From assembly GCA_031364845.1 (NCBI GenBank), contig JANLWX010000028.1, forward strand, positions 5,346 through 69,345: a stretch of 64,000 bases of DNA, read 5' to 3'. The notes beneath the pieces were generated by a model. It ran no database searches and was not told the DNA's origin. It worked only from the letters and a program-made list of their open reading frames with translations. The position numbers were made by a program, and so were the translations under genes. Numbering within the stretch: the stretch's first letter is position 1; the number at the start of each line of letters is the position of its first letter. This stretch comes from Candidatus Eiseniibacteriota bacterium (lineage in GTDB: Bacteria > Eisenbacteria > RBG-16-71-46). This document shows positions 18,938 through 28,308 of this stretch, piece after piece.

Positions 18938-21900
18938 ACGCTTGGACTGCGGCCGGCACCGCCGGCCTGTGCAATCGACGCAGGCCGGGGCCGGGCGTCA
19001 GCGCGTCGTTCTTGGCGTTCGTGCTCGTGTCCGTGATCGGAGTTGCAGCCCACGCAGCGCCTCCGGCGCCGCGTGTACATCTGGATGCGTTCGATGACGT
19101 CTCCGCGTGGAGTGCGGTGCCCGCGAGCGGCGTTCAACTGCGGATCGGCTCCGACGCCGGAACCCACGGCCGCGCGATGCGGCTCGATTTCGATTTCGGC
19201 GGGGGCGGCGGCTACGCGGTCGCGCGCCGCGCGATCGCGATCGATCTACCCGCGAACTACCGCTTCCGTTTCGCGGTGCGCGGCGACTGCAAGCCCAACG
19301 ACCTCGAGTTCAAGCTGATCGACGCGAGCGGCGACAACGTGTGGTGGAACAACCGCCGCAACTTCGTGTTCCCGGCCCAGTGGGAAACGCTCACCACGCG
19401 CAAACGCCAGATCGGCTTCGCGTGGGGGCCGAGCAACGCCGAGCTGCGCCACGTCGCGGCGATCGAGATCGCGATCACCGCCGGCAGCGGAGGCAAGGGT
19501 ACGGTGTGGCTCGACGAGTTCACGCTGGAGCCGCTTCCCGTGGCGAGTGCCACTCCGCCGGCGGTTGCGGCCCGCGCATCGTCATCGCGTCCGCGCTCGC
19601 CGGCCGCCGCGGCGGTGGATCGCGACTCCGCGAGCGTGTGGGCGAGCGATGCCGGCGACAGCCGCCCGTGGCTTGCGCTCGATCTGGGAGGAGAGCGCGA
19701 ATTCGGCGGGCTTGTGATCGACTGGGCCGACGGGCGCCATGCGACGGACTACGACGTGGAGGTTTCGGGCGACGGCACCGCATGGCGGCCGCTTCGCGCG
19801 GTGCGCGGCGCCAACGGCGGGCGCGATCACCTGTACCTGCCCGAGTCCGAAGCGCGCGCCCTCCGCGTGCGCGCGACGCGCGCCGTCGCCGCGCGTGGCA
19901 TCGCGATCCGGTCGATCACGGTCGAGCCCCTCGAGTGGTCGGCATCGCTCGGACACTTCTACGAGACGCTGGCCGCGGAAGCGCCGCACGGCAGCTATCC
20001 GCGCGGGCTGTTGCAGGAGCAATCCTATTGGGCGGTGCTCGGCACGGATCGCGGTGAAGTCGAGGAGGCGATGCTGGGCGAAGACGGCATGCTCGAGACG
20101 GGCAAAGCGCAGTACTCGATCGAGCCGTTCCTGCGCGTCAACGATTCGCTCGTGACGTGGGCCGACGTCCAAGCCAGCCACCGCCTCGCGGAAGGCGATC
20201 TGCCGATTCCGACCGTGACGTGGCGTCGCGGCGAGACGGAGTTGTCGGTGACGGCGTTCGCGTTCGACCCGCTGGACGAAACTCCGGCGGCGCTCGCGGG
20301 CCTTGCGCGCAACGGTCTCGGCGTGCTCGCGCGCTACCGCGTGACCCATCAGGGCCAGCGTCCCGCGCGTATCACGCTCTATCTCGCGCTGCGCCCGTTC
20401 CAGGTGAATCCGCTGTCCCAGTTCCTCAACACCGCGGGCGGTGTCGCCACGATCCGAACGCTCGCGCGCGAAGGTGCGGTGGTGCGCGTGAATGGCGATC
20501 GCGGGATCGTCTCCCTCACGCCGCCCGCGCGCTTCGGGGCGGCGGCGTTCGATCACGGCGACATCGTCGAGTTCCTGCGCCGGGGCGGCGTGCCCGCGCG
20601 CGACAGCGTGTCCGATCCCTTTGAGCACGCGTCGGGCGCGCTCGAATACGTGTTCGACATTCCCGCCGGCGGCACGCGCGAAGTGGACGTGTTCATTCCG
20701 TTGCGCGGACGGCCTTCGGCGCCCGCGGTCGTGCCCACGCCCGCGATGGTCGCGCAGGCCGAGGCGGCGAGCGTGAAGCGCTGGGCCGCTCATCGCCGCG
20801 GAATCACGATCGAGGTTCCGCAGGCGGGGGCCGAGGAGATCCGCGCGATGCGCGCGCAACTCGGATGGATCCTGATCAACCGCGACGGTGCGGCGATCCA
20901 GCCGGGATCGCGCTCGTACGAGCGCTCGTGGATCCGCGACGGCTCGCTCACCTCGACCGCACTGCTGCGGCTCGGCCATCCCGAGGTCGTGCGCGAGTTC
21001 ATCACCTGGTTCGCGGGGCATCTCTATCCCGACGGCAAGGTGCCGTGCTGCGTCGATGCGCGCGGCGCCGATCCCGTGCCCGAGCACGACAGCCACGGCG
21101 AGTTCATCTACCTCGTCGCCGAGTACTACCGCTACACCGGCGATCGCGCGCTGATCGAGCAGCAGTGGCCGGCGATCGCGCGCGCGGTCGCGCACATGGA
21201 TTCGCTGCGCCAGACGCGGCGCACCGCGGAATGGCGGGTACCCGCGAAGCGCGAGTTCTTCGGCCTGCTGCCGCCTTCGATCAGCCACGAAGGCTACTCG
21301 GCGAAACCGATGCACTCCTACTGGGACGATTTCTTCGCCCTGCGCGGATTCAAGGACGCGGCGTGGCTGGCGGGAGTGCTCGGACGCCGGTCGCAGCAGA
21401 TCGCGTTCACCGCGATGCGCGATCAGTTCCAGCGCGAACTCGGTGCCTCGATCAAGGCGGCAATGGCGCGCCATCGCATCGACTACATCCCGGGCTGTGC
21501 CGACCTTGGCGACTTCGACGCGACCTCGACCACGATCGCGCTCGCGCCGGCATCCGCCGAAGCGGCGCTGCCGCCGGGGGCACTGGCGCGCACGTTCGAG
21601 AAGTACTGGGAATTCTTCCGCGAGCGGCGCGTGAGCACGACATGGGACGCGTACACACCTTACGAAACGCGCGTCATCGGCAGCATGGTGCGGCTAGGCT
21701 GGCGCGAGCGCGCCGATTCGCTGGCGACCTGGTTCCTGCGTGACCGGCGTCCGCTCGGTTGGCAGCAGTGGGCCGAAGTGGTCGATCGCGAACCGCGCCA
21801 CGTGCGCTTCATCGGCGACATGCCGCATACGTGGGTCGGCTCCGACTTCGTGCGTTCGGTGCTCGACCGCTTTGCCTATGAGCGTGAAGGCGACAGCACG

Positions 21901-22191
21901 CTCGTGATCGGCGCCGGCATTCCGCTCGCATGGACGAAGGACTCCGGCGTGAACGTGAAGGGCCTTCCGACGCCGCACGGGCCGCTGGGTTTCACGATGC
22001 GCGCGCACGGGGACTCGATGGTGGTGACGATCGATGCCGGCGTGCGGGTTCCGCGCGGTGGAATTCTGCTGCGCCCGCCTGCGGCGGGTGCGCCCATGAG
22101 TGCGAGCGTGAACGGCGCCGCGGTGCGTCCGAGCCCTGCAGGGCTCTTGATCCGCAAGCTCCCCGCGCGCGTGGTCATTCGCAGCCGCTGA
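18934..22191 (+). CDS. Large secreted enzyme: two F5/8-type-C (discoidin)-like carbohydrate-binding domains plus a C-terminal (alpha/alpha)6 six-hairpin glycosidase-like domain
   Basis: ATGA overlap at 18934. Signal 'SASFLAFVLVSVIGVAAHA'. Discoidin-like blocks '...GTVWLDEFTLEPL' and 'WLALDLGGEREFGGLVIDWADGRHATDYDVEVSGDGTAWRPL'. The C-terminal half ('SRSYERSWIRDGSLTSTALLRLGHPEVVREFITWFAGHLYPDGKVPCCVD', 'GEFIYLVAEYYRYTGD') resembles GH15/GH63/debranching-type toroid folds. No family could be assigned by eye. Confidence 0.7.
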   Translation: MNAWTAAGTAGLCNRRRPGPGVSASFLAFVLVSVIGVAAHAAPPAPRVHLDAFDDVSAWSAVPASGVQLRIGSDAGTHGRAMRLDFDFGGGGGYAVARRAIAIDLPANYRFRFAVRGDCKPNDLEFKLIDASGDNVWWNNRRNFVFPAQWETLTTRKRQIGFAWGPSNAELRHVAAIEIAITAGSGGKGTVWLDEFTLEPLPVASATPPAVAARASSSRPRSPAAAAVDRDSASVWASDAGDSRPWLALDLGGEREFGGLVIDWADGRHATDYDVEVSGDGTAWRPLRAVRGANGGRDHLYLPESEARALRVRATRAVAARGIAIRSITVEPLEWSASLGHFYETLAAEAPHGSYPRGLLQEQSYWAVLGTDRGEVEEAMLGEDGMLETGKAQYSIEPFLRVNDSLVTWADVQASHRLAEGDLPIPTVTWRRGETELSVTAFAFDPLDETPAALAGLARNGLGVLARYRVTHQGQRPARITLYLALRPFQVNPLSQFLNTAGGVATIRTLAREGAVVRVNGDRGIVSLTPPARFGAAAFDHGDIVEFLRRGGVPARDSVSDPFEHASGALEYVFDIPAGGTREVDVFIPLRGRPSAPAVVPTPAMVAQAEAASVKRWAAHRRGITIEVPQAGAEEIRAMRAQLGWILINRDGAAIQPGSRSYERSWIRDGSLTSTALLRLGHPEVVREFITWFAGHLYPDGKVPCCVDARGADPVPEHDSHGEFIYLVAEYYRYTGDRALIEQQWPAIARAVAHMDSLRQTRRTAEWRVPAKREFFGLLPPSISHEGYSAKPMHSYWDDFFALRGFKDAAWLAGVLGRRSQQIAFTAMRDQFQRELGASIKAAMARHRIDYIPGCADLGDFDATSTTIALAPASAEAALPPGALARTFEKYWEFFRERRVSTTWDAYTPYETRVIGSMVRLGWRERADSLATWFLRDRRPLGWQQWAEVVDREPRHVRFIGDMPHTWVGSDFVRSVLDRFAYEREGDSTLVIGAGIPLAWTKDSGVNVKGLPTPHGPLGFTMRAHGDSMVVTIDAGVRVPRGGILLRPPAAGAPMSASVNGAAVRPSPAGLLIRKLPARVVIRSR

Positions 22192-22195
22192 GTTT

Positions 22196-23590
22196 CTAAC
22201 TGCCGAAAACGGCCCCGGAACCATCCGCCAGCACCGCGCCGTTCGTTCGGATCACCTCGCGGTAATATTCGGCACTCGCCTTCATCGTCCGCGCCTGCGT
22301 CGCCGGATCCACGTGCAGGAGTCCGAAGGTGATGGCGTAGCCGCTCGCCCATTCGAAATTGTCGAGCAGCGACCACGCGAAATAGCCACGCACATCGACG
22401 CCGCGGCGGATCGCCTCGAGTGTCGCGAGCAGGTGTTCGCGGTAATACGACACGCGCTGCGCGTCATCGATGCGGCCGTCTGCCGTCGGCGAGGGATCGT
22501 CGAACGCGCCACCGTTCTCGGTGATGTAGAGCGGGATGTCGCCGTAGCGCTCCTTCACCCAGCACAGCGCGCGCGTGAGGCTCTCGGCGTGCACTTCCCA
22601 GCCGGTCTGCATGTGGCCGGGACCTTCCGTTCTCACCTTGGCCGCGCGCATCGGCCACGTGGCGTCGTCGTGCTTCATGATGCTGCGCGTGTAGTAGTTG
22701 ATCCCGAGGAAGTCGATCGGCTGTCGGATCAAGGCGAAGTCTTCGGCCGGGAACTCGACCCACGCATCGCCGTAGATTTCACGCATGCCGTCGGGCGCGC
22801 GGCCGAGCATCGGGGGATCGAGATACTGCTGGTTCATGTACACATCGGCGCGGGTCGTCGCGGCGAGGTCTTCGGCGCTCTCCGAGGCTGCATCCTTCGG
22901 CTCGAGGTTCACGACCAGGCCGATCTTCTGTTTGCCGATGCCGCGGTAGCGCTGGACCGCGGCACCATGTGCGCGCATCAGGTGGTGCGCGGCGATCGGC
23001 GCTTCGTAGAGGTTGCGATGGCCGGGCGCGTTCACGCCGTAGAGATATCCGCCGTCGACCACCACCCACGGCTCGTTGAGTGTCGCCCACATCGGCACGC
23101 GGTCGCCGAGCGCGCGGAAGCAGACCTCGGCGTAGTCGGCGAACCAGTGCGCGATGTCGGGGTTGAGCCACCCGCCGCGATCGTCGAGTGCCACCGGCAG
23201 GTCCCAATGGAACAGCGTCACGCACGGTTCGATGCCGCGCGTGAGCAACTGGTCGACGAGTCGCGAATAGAAGTCGATGCCCTTGGCGTTCACGCGCCCA
23301 AGTCCTTCGGGAAGGATGCGCGCCCACGCGAGGCTGAAGCGGTAGGAATCGAGTCCGAGCCGCGCCATCCATTCGACGTCCTCGGCGAAGCGGCGGTAGT
23401 GATCGCACGCGAGGTCACCGGTGTCGCCGCCTTTGACGCGCCCGGGTGTGTGCGAGAAGCGGTGCCAGATGTTCATTCCCGCACCGTCGGCGAGCGGTGA
23501 GCCTTCGATCTGGTAGGCGGAGGTCGCAGCGCCCCACAGGAACTTCTCGGGGAATGATGTCGCGCCTCCGGCGGTCGGATTCATCGTCAT
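22196..23590 (-). CDS. GH1 beta-glucosidase
   Basis: ORF 22196-23896 on the minus strand; the R-rich N-terminal extension was rejected. Start at MTMNPTAGGATSFPEKFLWGAATSAYQIEG (GH1 N-terminal signature). 'TLNEPW' acid/base and 'YITENG' nucleophile motifs are present. Confidence 0.9.
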   Translation of the reverse strand: MTMNPTAGGATSFPEKFLWGAATSAYQIEGSPLADGAGMNIWHRFSHTPGRVKGGDTGDLACDHYRRFAEDVEWMARLGLDSYRFSLAWARILPEGLGRVNAKGIDFYSRLVDQLLTRGIEPCVTLFHWDLPVALDDRGGWLNPDIAHWFADYAEVCFRALGDRVPMWATLNEPWVVVDGGYLYGVNAPGHRNLYEAPIAAHHLMRAHGAAVQRYRGIGKQKIGLVVNLEPKDAASESAEDLAATTRADVYMNQQYLDPPMLGRAPDGMREIYGDAWVEFPAEDFALIRQPIDFLGINYYTRSIMKHDDATWPMRAAKVRTEGPGHMQTGWEVHAESLTRALCWVKERYGDIPLYITENGGAFDDPSPTADGRIDDAQRVSYYREHLLATLEAIRRGVDVRGYFAWSLLDNFEWASGYAITFGLLHVDPATQARTMKASAEYYREVIRTNGAVLADGSGAVFGS

Positions 23591-23675
23591 GGTCACGAAC
23601 TTTCGGTGGTGGAACGATAAGGGTGGCGTCCCGCGCGAACGGGAGGGACGCCGCGCATGCGAAGGCCGCCCGCGG

Positions 23676-25364
23676 TCACGGAGTGCCGCCGCCCGGCGTC
23701 GGCGGCAGCGCCATCGCCTGGGCCCGCAGCGCGCGGGCTTCGAAGAAATCGGGGTCGAGCGCGATCGCGCGGTCGACGAGCGTGATCGCGCGTGATGGAT
23801 CGCCGAGCTTGAGCGCGGCGCGGGCAGCGTTCTTGTAGAGGTAGGCCTCGCCCGGAAACGCGCGGATGCCGCGTTCGAGCACCTGCAGCGCTTCACTGGC
23901 CTGGCCGTTGTCGATCAGAGCGACGCCGAGGTTGTTGTAGACATTCGCCTGCGAGGAGTCGAGCGAGATCGACGTCCGCAGACTCGTGACTGCGGCCGGA
24001 TAGACGCGCTGCGAAAGCTGCACCGAAGCCAGATTGTAGTAGGCGCTCGCCGTGAGCTTCGGGTCTTTCGGGTTGTGCCGGATCACTGCGCGATAGAGCG
24101 ACTCCGCGGAGGGGTAGAGACTGTCCGCTTCGTAGAGCCGCCCGAGCCCGGTCAGAGCGCCCGCCTGCGTGGGGTCGAGCACCAGCGCCTGCTGGAACAG
24201 TGCGCGCGCTGCCGCGAGATCGCCCTGTTCCTGCCTCTGAACCGCCTGACTCTGGATCGCGACCGCCTCGGTCTGCTTGCGCGCGGTCTCCGCGCGACGC
24301 TTGGAGGCCGCCGGGCCGTTGAAGATCACGAACATCGAGGCGCCGATCGCGACGGCCGGGCCCGCGAAAAAGAGCCAGCGCTTCGAGCGTGAATCACGCG
24401 AGGCGGCGGTTGCAGTCGGCGTGGCAGACGGCATCGCGGCGGTACGCATAGCGGAGGTTCCCGCCGCGGGTATCACCGCCGTGCGCACTGCCGACGTCGC
24501 GGCGACACTCGCGCCCGCGACACCCGGCTCGAACGCCATGCCGCTTGCGCTCGGGGGTGCGACGCCGGTCATCGCGCTCAACTCGCGCGCTGCGGTCGCG
24601 GCGTCCATGCGCTGCGCGGGATCCTTGGCCAACAGCGCTGCCACGATCGTCTCGACCGCTTCGGGGACGTCGCCGCGCGTTTCCGAAAGCGGCGACGGAT
24701 CTTCGTTCGCGATCGCGAACATCACCGCCATCGCGTTGTCGCCGGGATAGGCACGGCGCCCCGCGAGCATTTCGTAGAGCACGAGCCCGAGCGCGAACAC
24801 GTCGCCTTCGGGGCCGCTCTGACCGCGGATCGCTTCGGGCGCCATGTAGGCCGGCGTGCCGAGGCTGGTGCCGGTCACCGTGAGCTTCGACGCCATGGTC
24901 GCGCGCGCGAGACCGAAGTCCATGATCTTGATCGTGCCGTGCTCGTCGAACATCAAGTTCTCGGGCTTGATGTCGCGATGGCTGGTGCCGCGGCGATGTG
25001 CGTAGCCCAGTGCCGCCGCGACGTCGCGCGCGATCGCGAGCGCGTCGGCAACGGGCAGCGCGCCGTGGTCGATGCGGTCGCGCAGGCTCGAGCCGGTCAG
25101 CAGCTCCATCGCGATGAACGGACGGTCGGCTTCCTGCTCGAACGCGTAGACGGTCGCGATGTGGGGGTGGTTGAGCTCGGCAGCCGACAGCGCCTCGCGC
25201 TCGAAGCGGGTGAGTGCGTCCGCGTCCATGGCGAGTTCGGGAGACAGGAACTTGAGCGCGACGCGGCGGCGCAGCTTGAGGTCCAAGGCTTCGTAGACCT
25301 CACCCATGCCGCCGCGGCCGATCCGGCGCACGATCTCGAAGTGTGAGACTCGGGTGGGCTCCAT
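23676..25364 (-). CDS. Ser/Thr protein kinase with a low-complexity linker, one TM segment and C-terminal TPR repeats
   Basis: Start at MEPTRVSHFEIVRRIGRGGMGEVYEA (glycine loop), 'ALK', 'HRDIKPENLM', 'DFG', 'APE'. TM 'WLFFAGPAVAIGASMFVIFNG'. TPR-like C-terminal end. Confidence 0.85.
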   Translation of the reverse strand: MEPTRVSHFEIVRRIGRGGMGEVYEALDLKLRRRVALKFLSPELAMDADALTRFEREALSAAELNHPHIATVYAFEQEADRPFIAMELLTGSSLRDRIDHGALPVADALAIARDVAAALGYAHRRGTSHRDIKPENLMFDEHGTIKIMDFGLARATMASKLTVTGTSLGTPAYMAPEAIRGQSGPEGDVFALGLVLYEMLAGRRAYPGDNAMAVMFAIANEDPSPLSETRGDVPEAVETIVAALLAKDPAQRMDAATAARELSAMTGVAPPSASGMAFEPGVAGASVAATSAVRTAVIPAAGTSAMRTAAMPSATPTATAASRDSRSKRWLFFAGPAVAIGASMFVIFNGPAASKRRAETARKQTEAVAIQSQAVQRQEQGDLAAARALFQQALVLDPTQAGALTGLGRLYEADSLYPSAESLYRAVIRHNPKDPKLTASAYYNLASVQLSQRVYPAAVTSLRTSISLDSSQANVYNNLGVALIDNGQASEALQVLERGIRAFPGEAYLYKNAARAALKLGDPSRAITLVDRAIALDPDFFEARALRAQAMALPPTPGGGTP

Positions 25365-25516
25365 GAGCGCGCGAAGGTAGCATGCCGCGCACATGCCGCG
25401 CCCGGCCGCGAAGCGGGCGGGTGCAAGGGGAGGCGAGGTGCGTGGGGATTCCCAACGAGGGCCGCGAAGCGGCCGAGTGCACGCGACCGGGCGCGTGAAT
25501 ACTCAAACACCCAGGC

Positions 25517-25546
25517 GCGCGGCGAAAACCCGCCGCGCTTTTATTT
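25517..25546 (+). terminator. Intrinsic-terminator-like hairpin plus T-tract (plus orientation) at the 3' end of minus-strand gene 25541-26497; possibly bidirectional
   Basis: 'gcgcggcg aaaacc cgccgcgc tttta ttt': 8-bp GC stem, 6-nt loop, then TTTTATTT, a rare T-run in this genome. The minus-strand reading has the A-run before the hairpin. Confidence 0.4.
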
Positions 25547-26497
25547 AATCTCCCTCGCCCGCTCCCGCTCCACCTTCGCCCGCTCGGGCAGGCCGATGGT
25601 CTGATACACATTCGCCAGCGCGTCGTGCGGTCCCGGCGACTGCGGTGCGAGCCGCACGAGTTCTTCGAAGGAGCGCGCCGCGTCCGCGTAGAGTCCGCGG
25701 CCCACGAGGTACGAGCCCGCGAGATAACGCCCCGCCTCGCTGTCGTTGCCTGCTGCCTTCTGGATGTCGCCGAGATGGTCACGCACCTGCTCCGCTTCGC
25801 CATCGCTCAGGACGTGGAACGTCGACTGCTCGCGCGCACCCTCGCCCGAGATCGGCCCGGTGTCGGACATCGCGATCACTTCCCACATGTAGTCGGTGCC
25901 GGCCGCGAGCGAATCGGCATCGCCGGGATAGACGAGCGTCGTGTCGGAGACTTCGCGGGACCACACGGTGCCCGCTTCGCTGGTGACCGTCACCTGATAG
26001 CGGCTCGCGCCGCCGATCGAGCTCCATGCGAATCCCGGCCGGCTCGAAAGCACGGCGCTCACACGCGGCTCGATGAGCAGCGACGGGCGCGCTGTGCCGC
26101 GCATGGGCGACAGCGCAACCAGCCCTGCCTGCTTCTTCTCGCTGGTGATGAACTTGGAAACGCGGCTGAAGACTTCGTTCGAAACGCCCGAGCCCGGACC
26201 GATCCGTTTCGCATCGGTCGCCGAGAGTTTGCCGCCCACCGTCATGCTGCTGCCGGCGCTCAGCTCGACGATGTTGCCGTCGCTGAAGAACAGGCTCGCG
26301 GTTCCGCCCGAACCCACGATCACCTTGTCGCCGCGCTCGAGCGGCCGGCCGAGTGACGCCTTTGCCGCTGCACCCTTGGCGACGGCCACGGTGACCGCGC
26401 CCTTCATGGCGACGATGAATGCGACCGGCTCGGCCATGGCGACCGAGGCGGACATGACGGCGGCGGCAACGATGCAGGAGAGGAGGGTGCGGCGCAC
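25541..26497 (-). CDS. Hypothetical secreted protein with a TPR-like C-terminal end
   Basis: ORF 25541-26614. The internal GTG at 26497 is preceded by AAGGAG at ~8 nt and yields the signal peptide VRRTLLSCIVAAAVMSASVAMA. No recognisable family. Confidence 0.55.
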   Translation of the reverse strand: MRRTLLSCIVAAAVMSASVAMAEPVAFIVAMKGAVTVAVAKGAAAKASLGRPLERGDKVIVGSGGTASLFFSDGNIVELSAGSSMTVGGKLSATDAKRIGPGSGVSNEVFSRVSKFITSEKKQAGLVALSPMRGTARPSLLIEPRVSAVLSSRPGFAWSSIGGASRYQVTVTSEAGTVWSREVSDTTLVYPGDADSLAAGTDYMWEVIAMSDTGPISGEGAREQSTFHVLSDGEAEQVRDHLGDIQKAAGNDSEAGRYLAGSYLVGRGLYADAARSFEELVRLAPQSPGPHDALANVYQTIGLPERAKVERERAREIK

Positions 26498-26544
26498 AGG
26501 AAGGTCTCCTTGGGTCACGGCGAAAGATCGGGGCGCACCATTGA

Positions 26545-27381
<837 letters not shown>

Positions 27382-27395
27382 CCCGCACGCCCCGG

Positions 27396-28268
27396 ATTCT
27401 CCTCGCGCTCGCCGCCGTCTATTTCATCTGGGGCTCCACCTACCTCGCGATCCGCTTCGCGCTCGAGTCGCTGCCGCCGCTTTTGATGGCGAGCTCCCGT
27501 TTCACGATCGCCGGCGGCCTCATGCTCGCCGTGCTGATCGCGCGAGGCGTCGAACGTCCGACCCGCGAGCAACTGCGCTCGGCCATGATCGTCGGCGCGA
27601 TGCTGCTGTTCGTCGGCAACGGCTTCGTGTGCTGGTCCCAGCAGCGCGTGCCGTCGGGGATCGCGGCCCTCGTGATTTCCTGTGTTCCGATCTTCATGGC
27701 GGTGATGGACGCCGTGCGACCCGGCGGGCGGCGCCCCGCGCCGTGGGCCCTGCTCGGCATCGCCACCGGATTTGCGGGCCTCGTGCTGCTGATCGGCCCC
27801 GCGCAGGGCATGAGCGCCGTCGACCGCGTGGGTGCGGCGGGCCTGATGATCGGCTCGCTGTCGTGGAGCGCGGGATCGCTGTTCGCGCGCTCGGCGCCGC
27901 TGCCCGCGAATCCGCTGCTCGGGATCGCGATCCAGATGCTGACCGCCGGTGTGCTCTTGATGGTCGCCGGGCTCGCGTTCGGCGAAGGCGCGCGTTTCCA
28001 CATCGATGCCATCACGCCGCGCGCGATCGTGTCCGTGCTCTACCTCGCCGTGTTCGGCTCGATCGTCGCGTTCTCGTGCTACGTGTGGCTGCTCAAGCAC
28101 ACGACCGTGTCGGTCGCATCGACCTACGCGTTCGTGAACCCGATCGTCGCGTTGCTGCTGGGATGGGCGTTCGCCGGCGAGACGCTGGGAGCGCGCACGG
28201 TGGTCGCCGCGGCGGTCGTGATTGCGGGGGTGGCGATGATATGCATCAACCGTCCGAAGGACGGTTGA
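27396..28268 (+). CDS. EamA/DMT-family transporter (10-TM drug/metabolite exporter). Start uncertain: the conserved TM1 is encoded upstream of the first ATG/GTG/TTG
   Basis: The ORF track starts at TTG 27483, but the same frame reads through from directly after the pyrR stop as 'TRTPRILLALAAVYFIWGSTYLAIRFALESLPPLL', the canonical EamA TM1 and motif. There is no ATG/GTG/TTG in that stretch. I placed the start at ATT 27396 as a placeholder. Confidence 0.65.
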   Translation: MLLALAAVYFIWGSTYLAIRFALESLPPLLMASSRFTIAGGLMLAVLIARGVERPTREQLRSAMIVGAMLLFVGNGFVCWSQQRVPSGIAALVISCVPIFMAVMDAVRPGGRRPAPWALLGIATGFAGLVLLIGPAQGMSAVDRVGAAGLMIGSLSWSAGSLFARSAPLPANPLLGIAIQMLTAGVLLMVAGLAFGEGARFHIDAITPRAIVSVLYLAVFGSIVAFSCYVWLLKHTTVSVASTYAFVNPIVALLLGWAFAGETLGARTVVAAAVVIAGVAMICINRPKDG

Positions 28269-28308
28269 AGTAAAGCCAAGACTGCCAACTGTCCTCACGG
28301 ACAGTTGG

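Noticed and set aside
19582-21474. 630-aa minus-strand ORF
   Set aside because: Antisense to gene 18934-22191. No recognisable motifs.
22196-23896. Full-length 566-aa version of the GH1 ORF
   Set aside because: The first 102 codons are Arg/Ser-rich and precede the conserved GH1 N-terminal 'FLWGAATSAYQIEG'. The start was trimmed to 23590.
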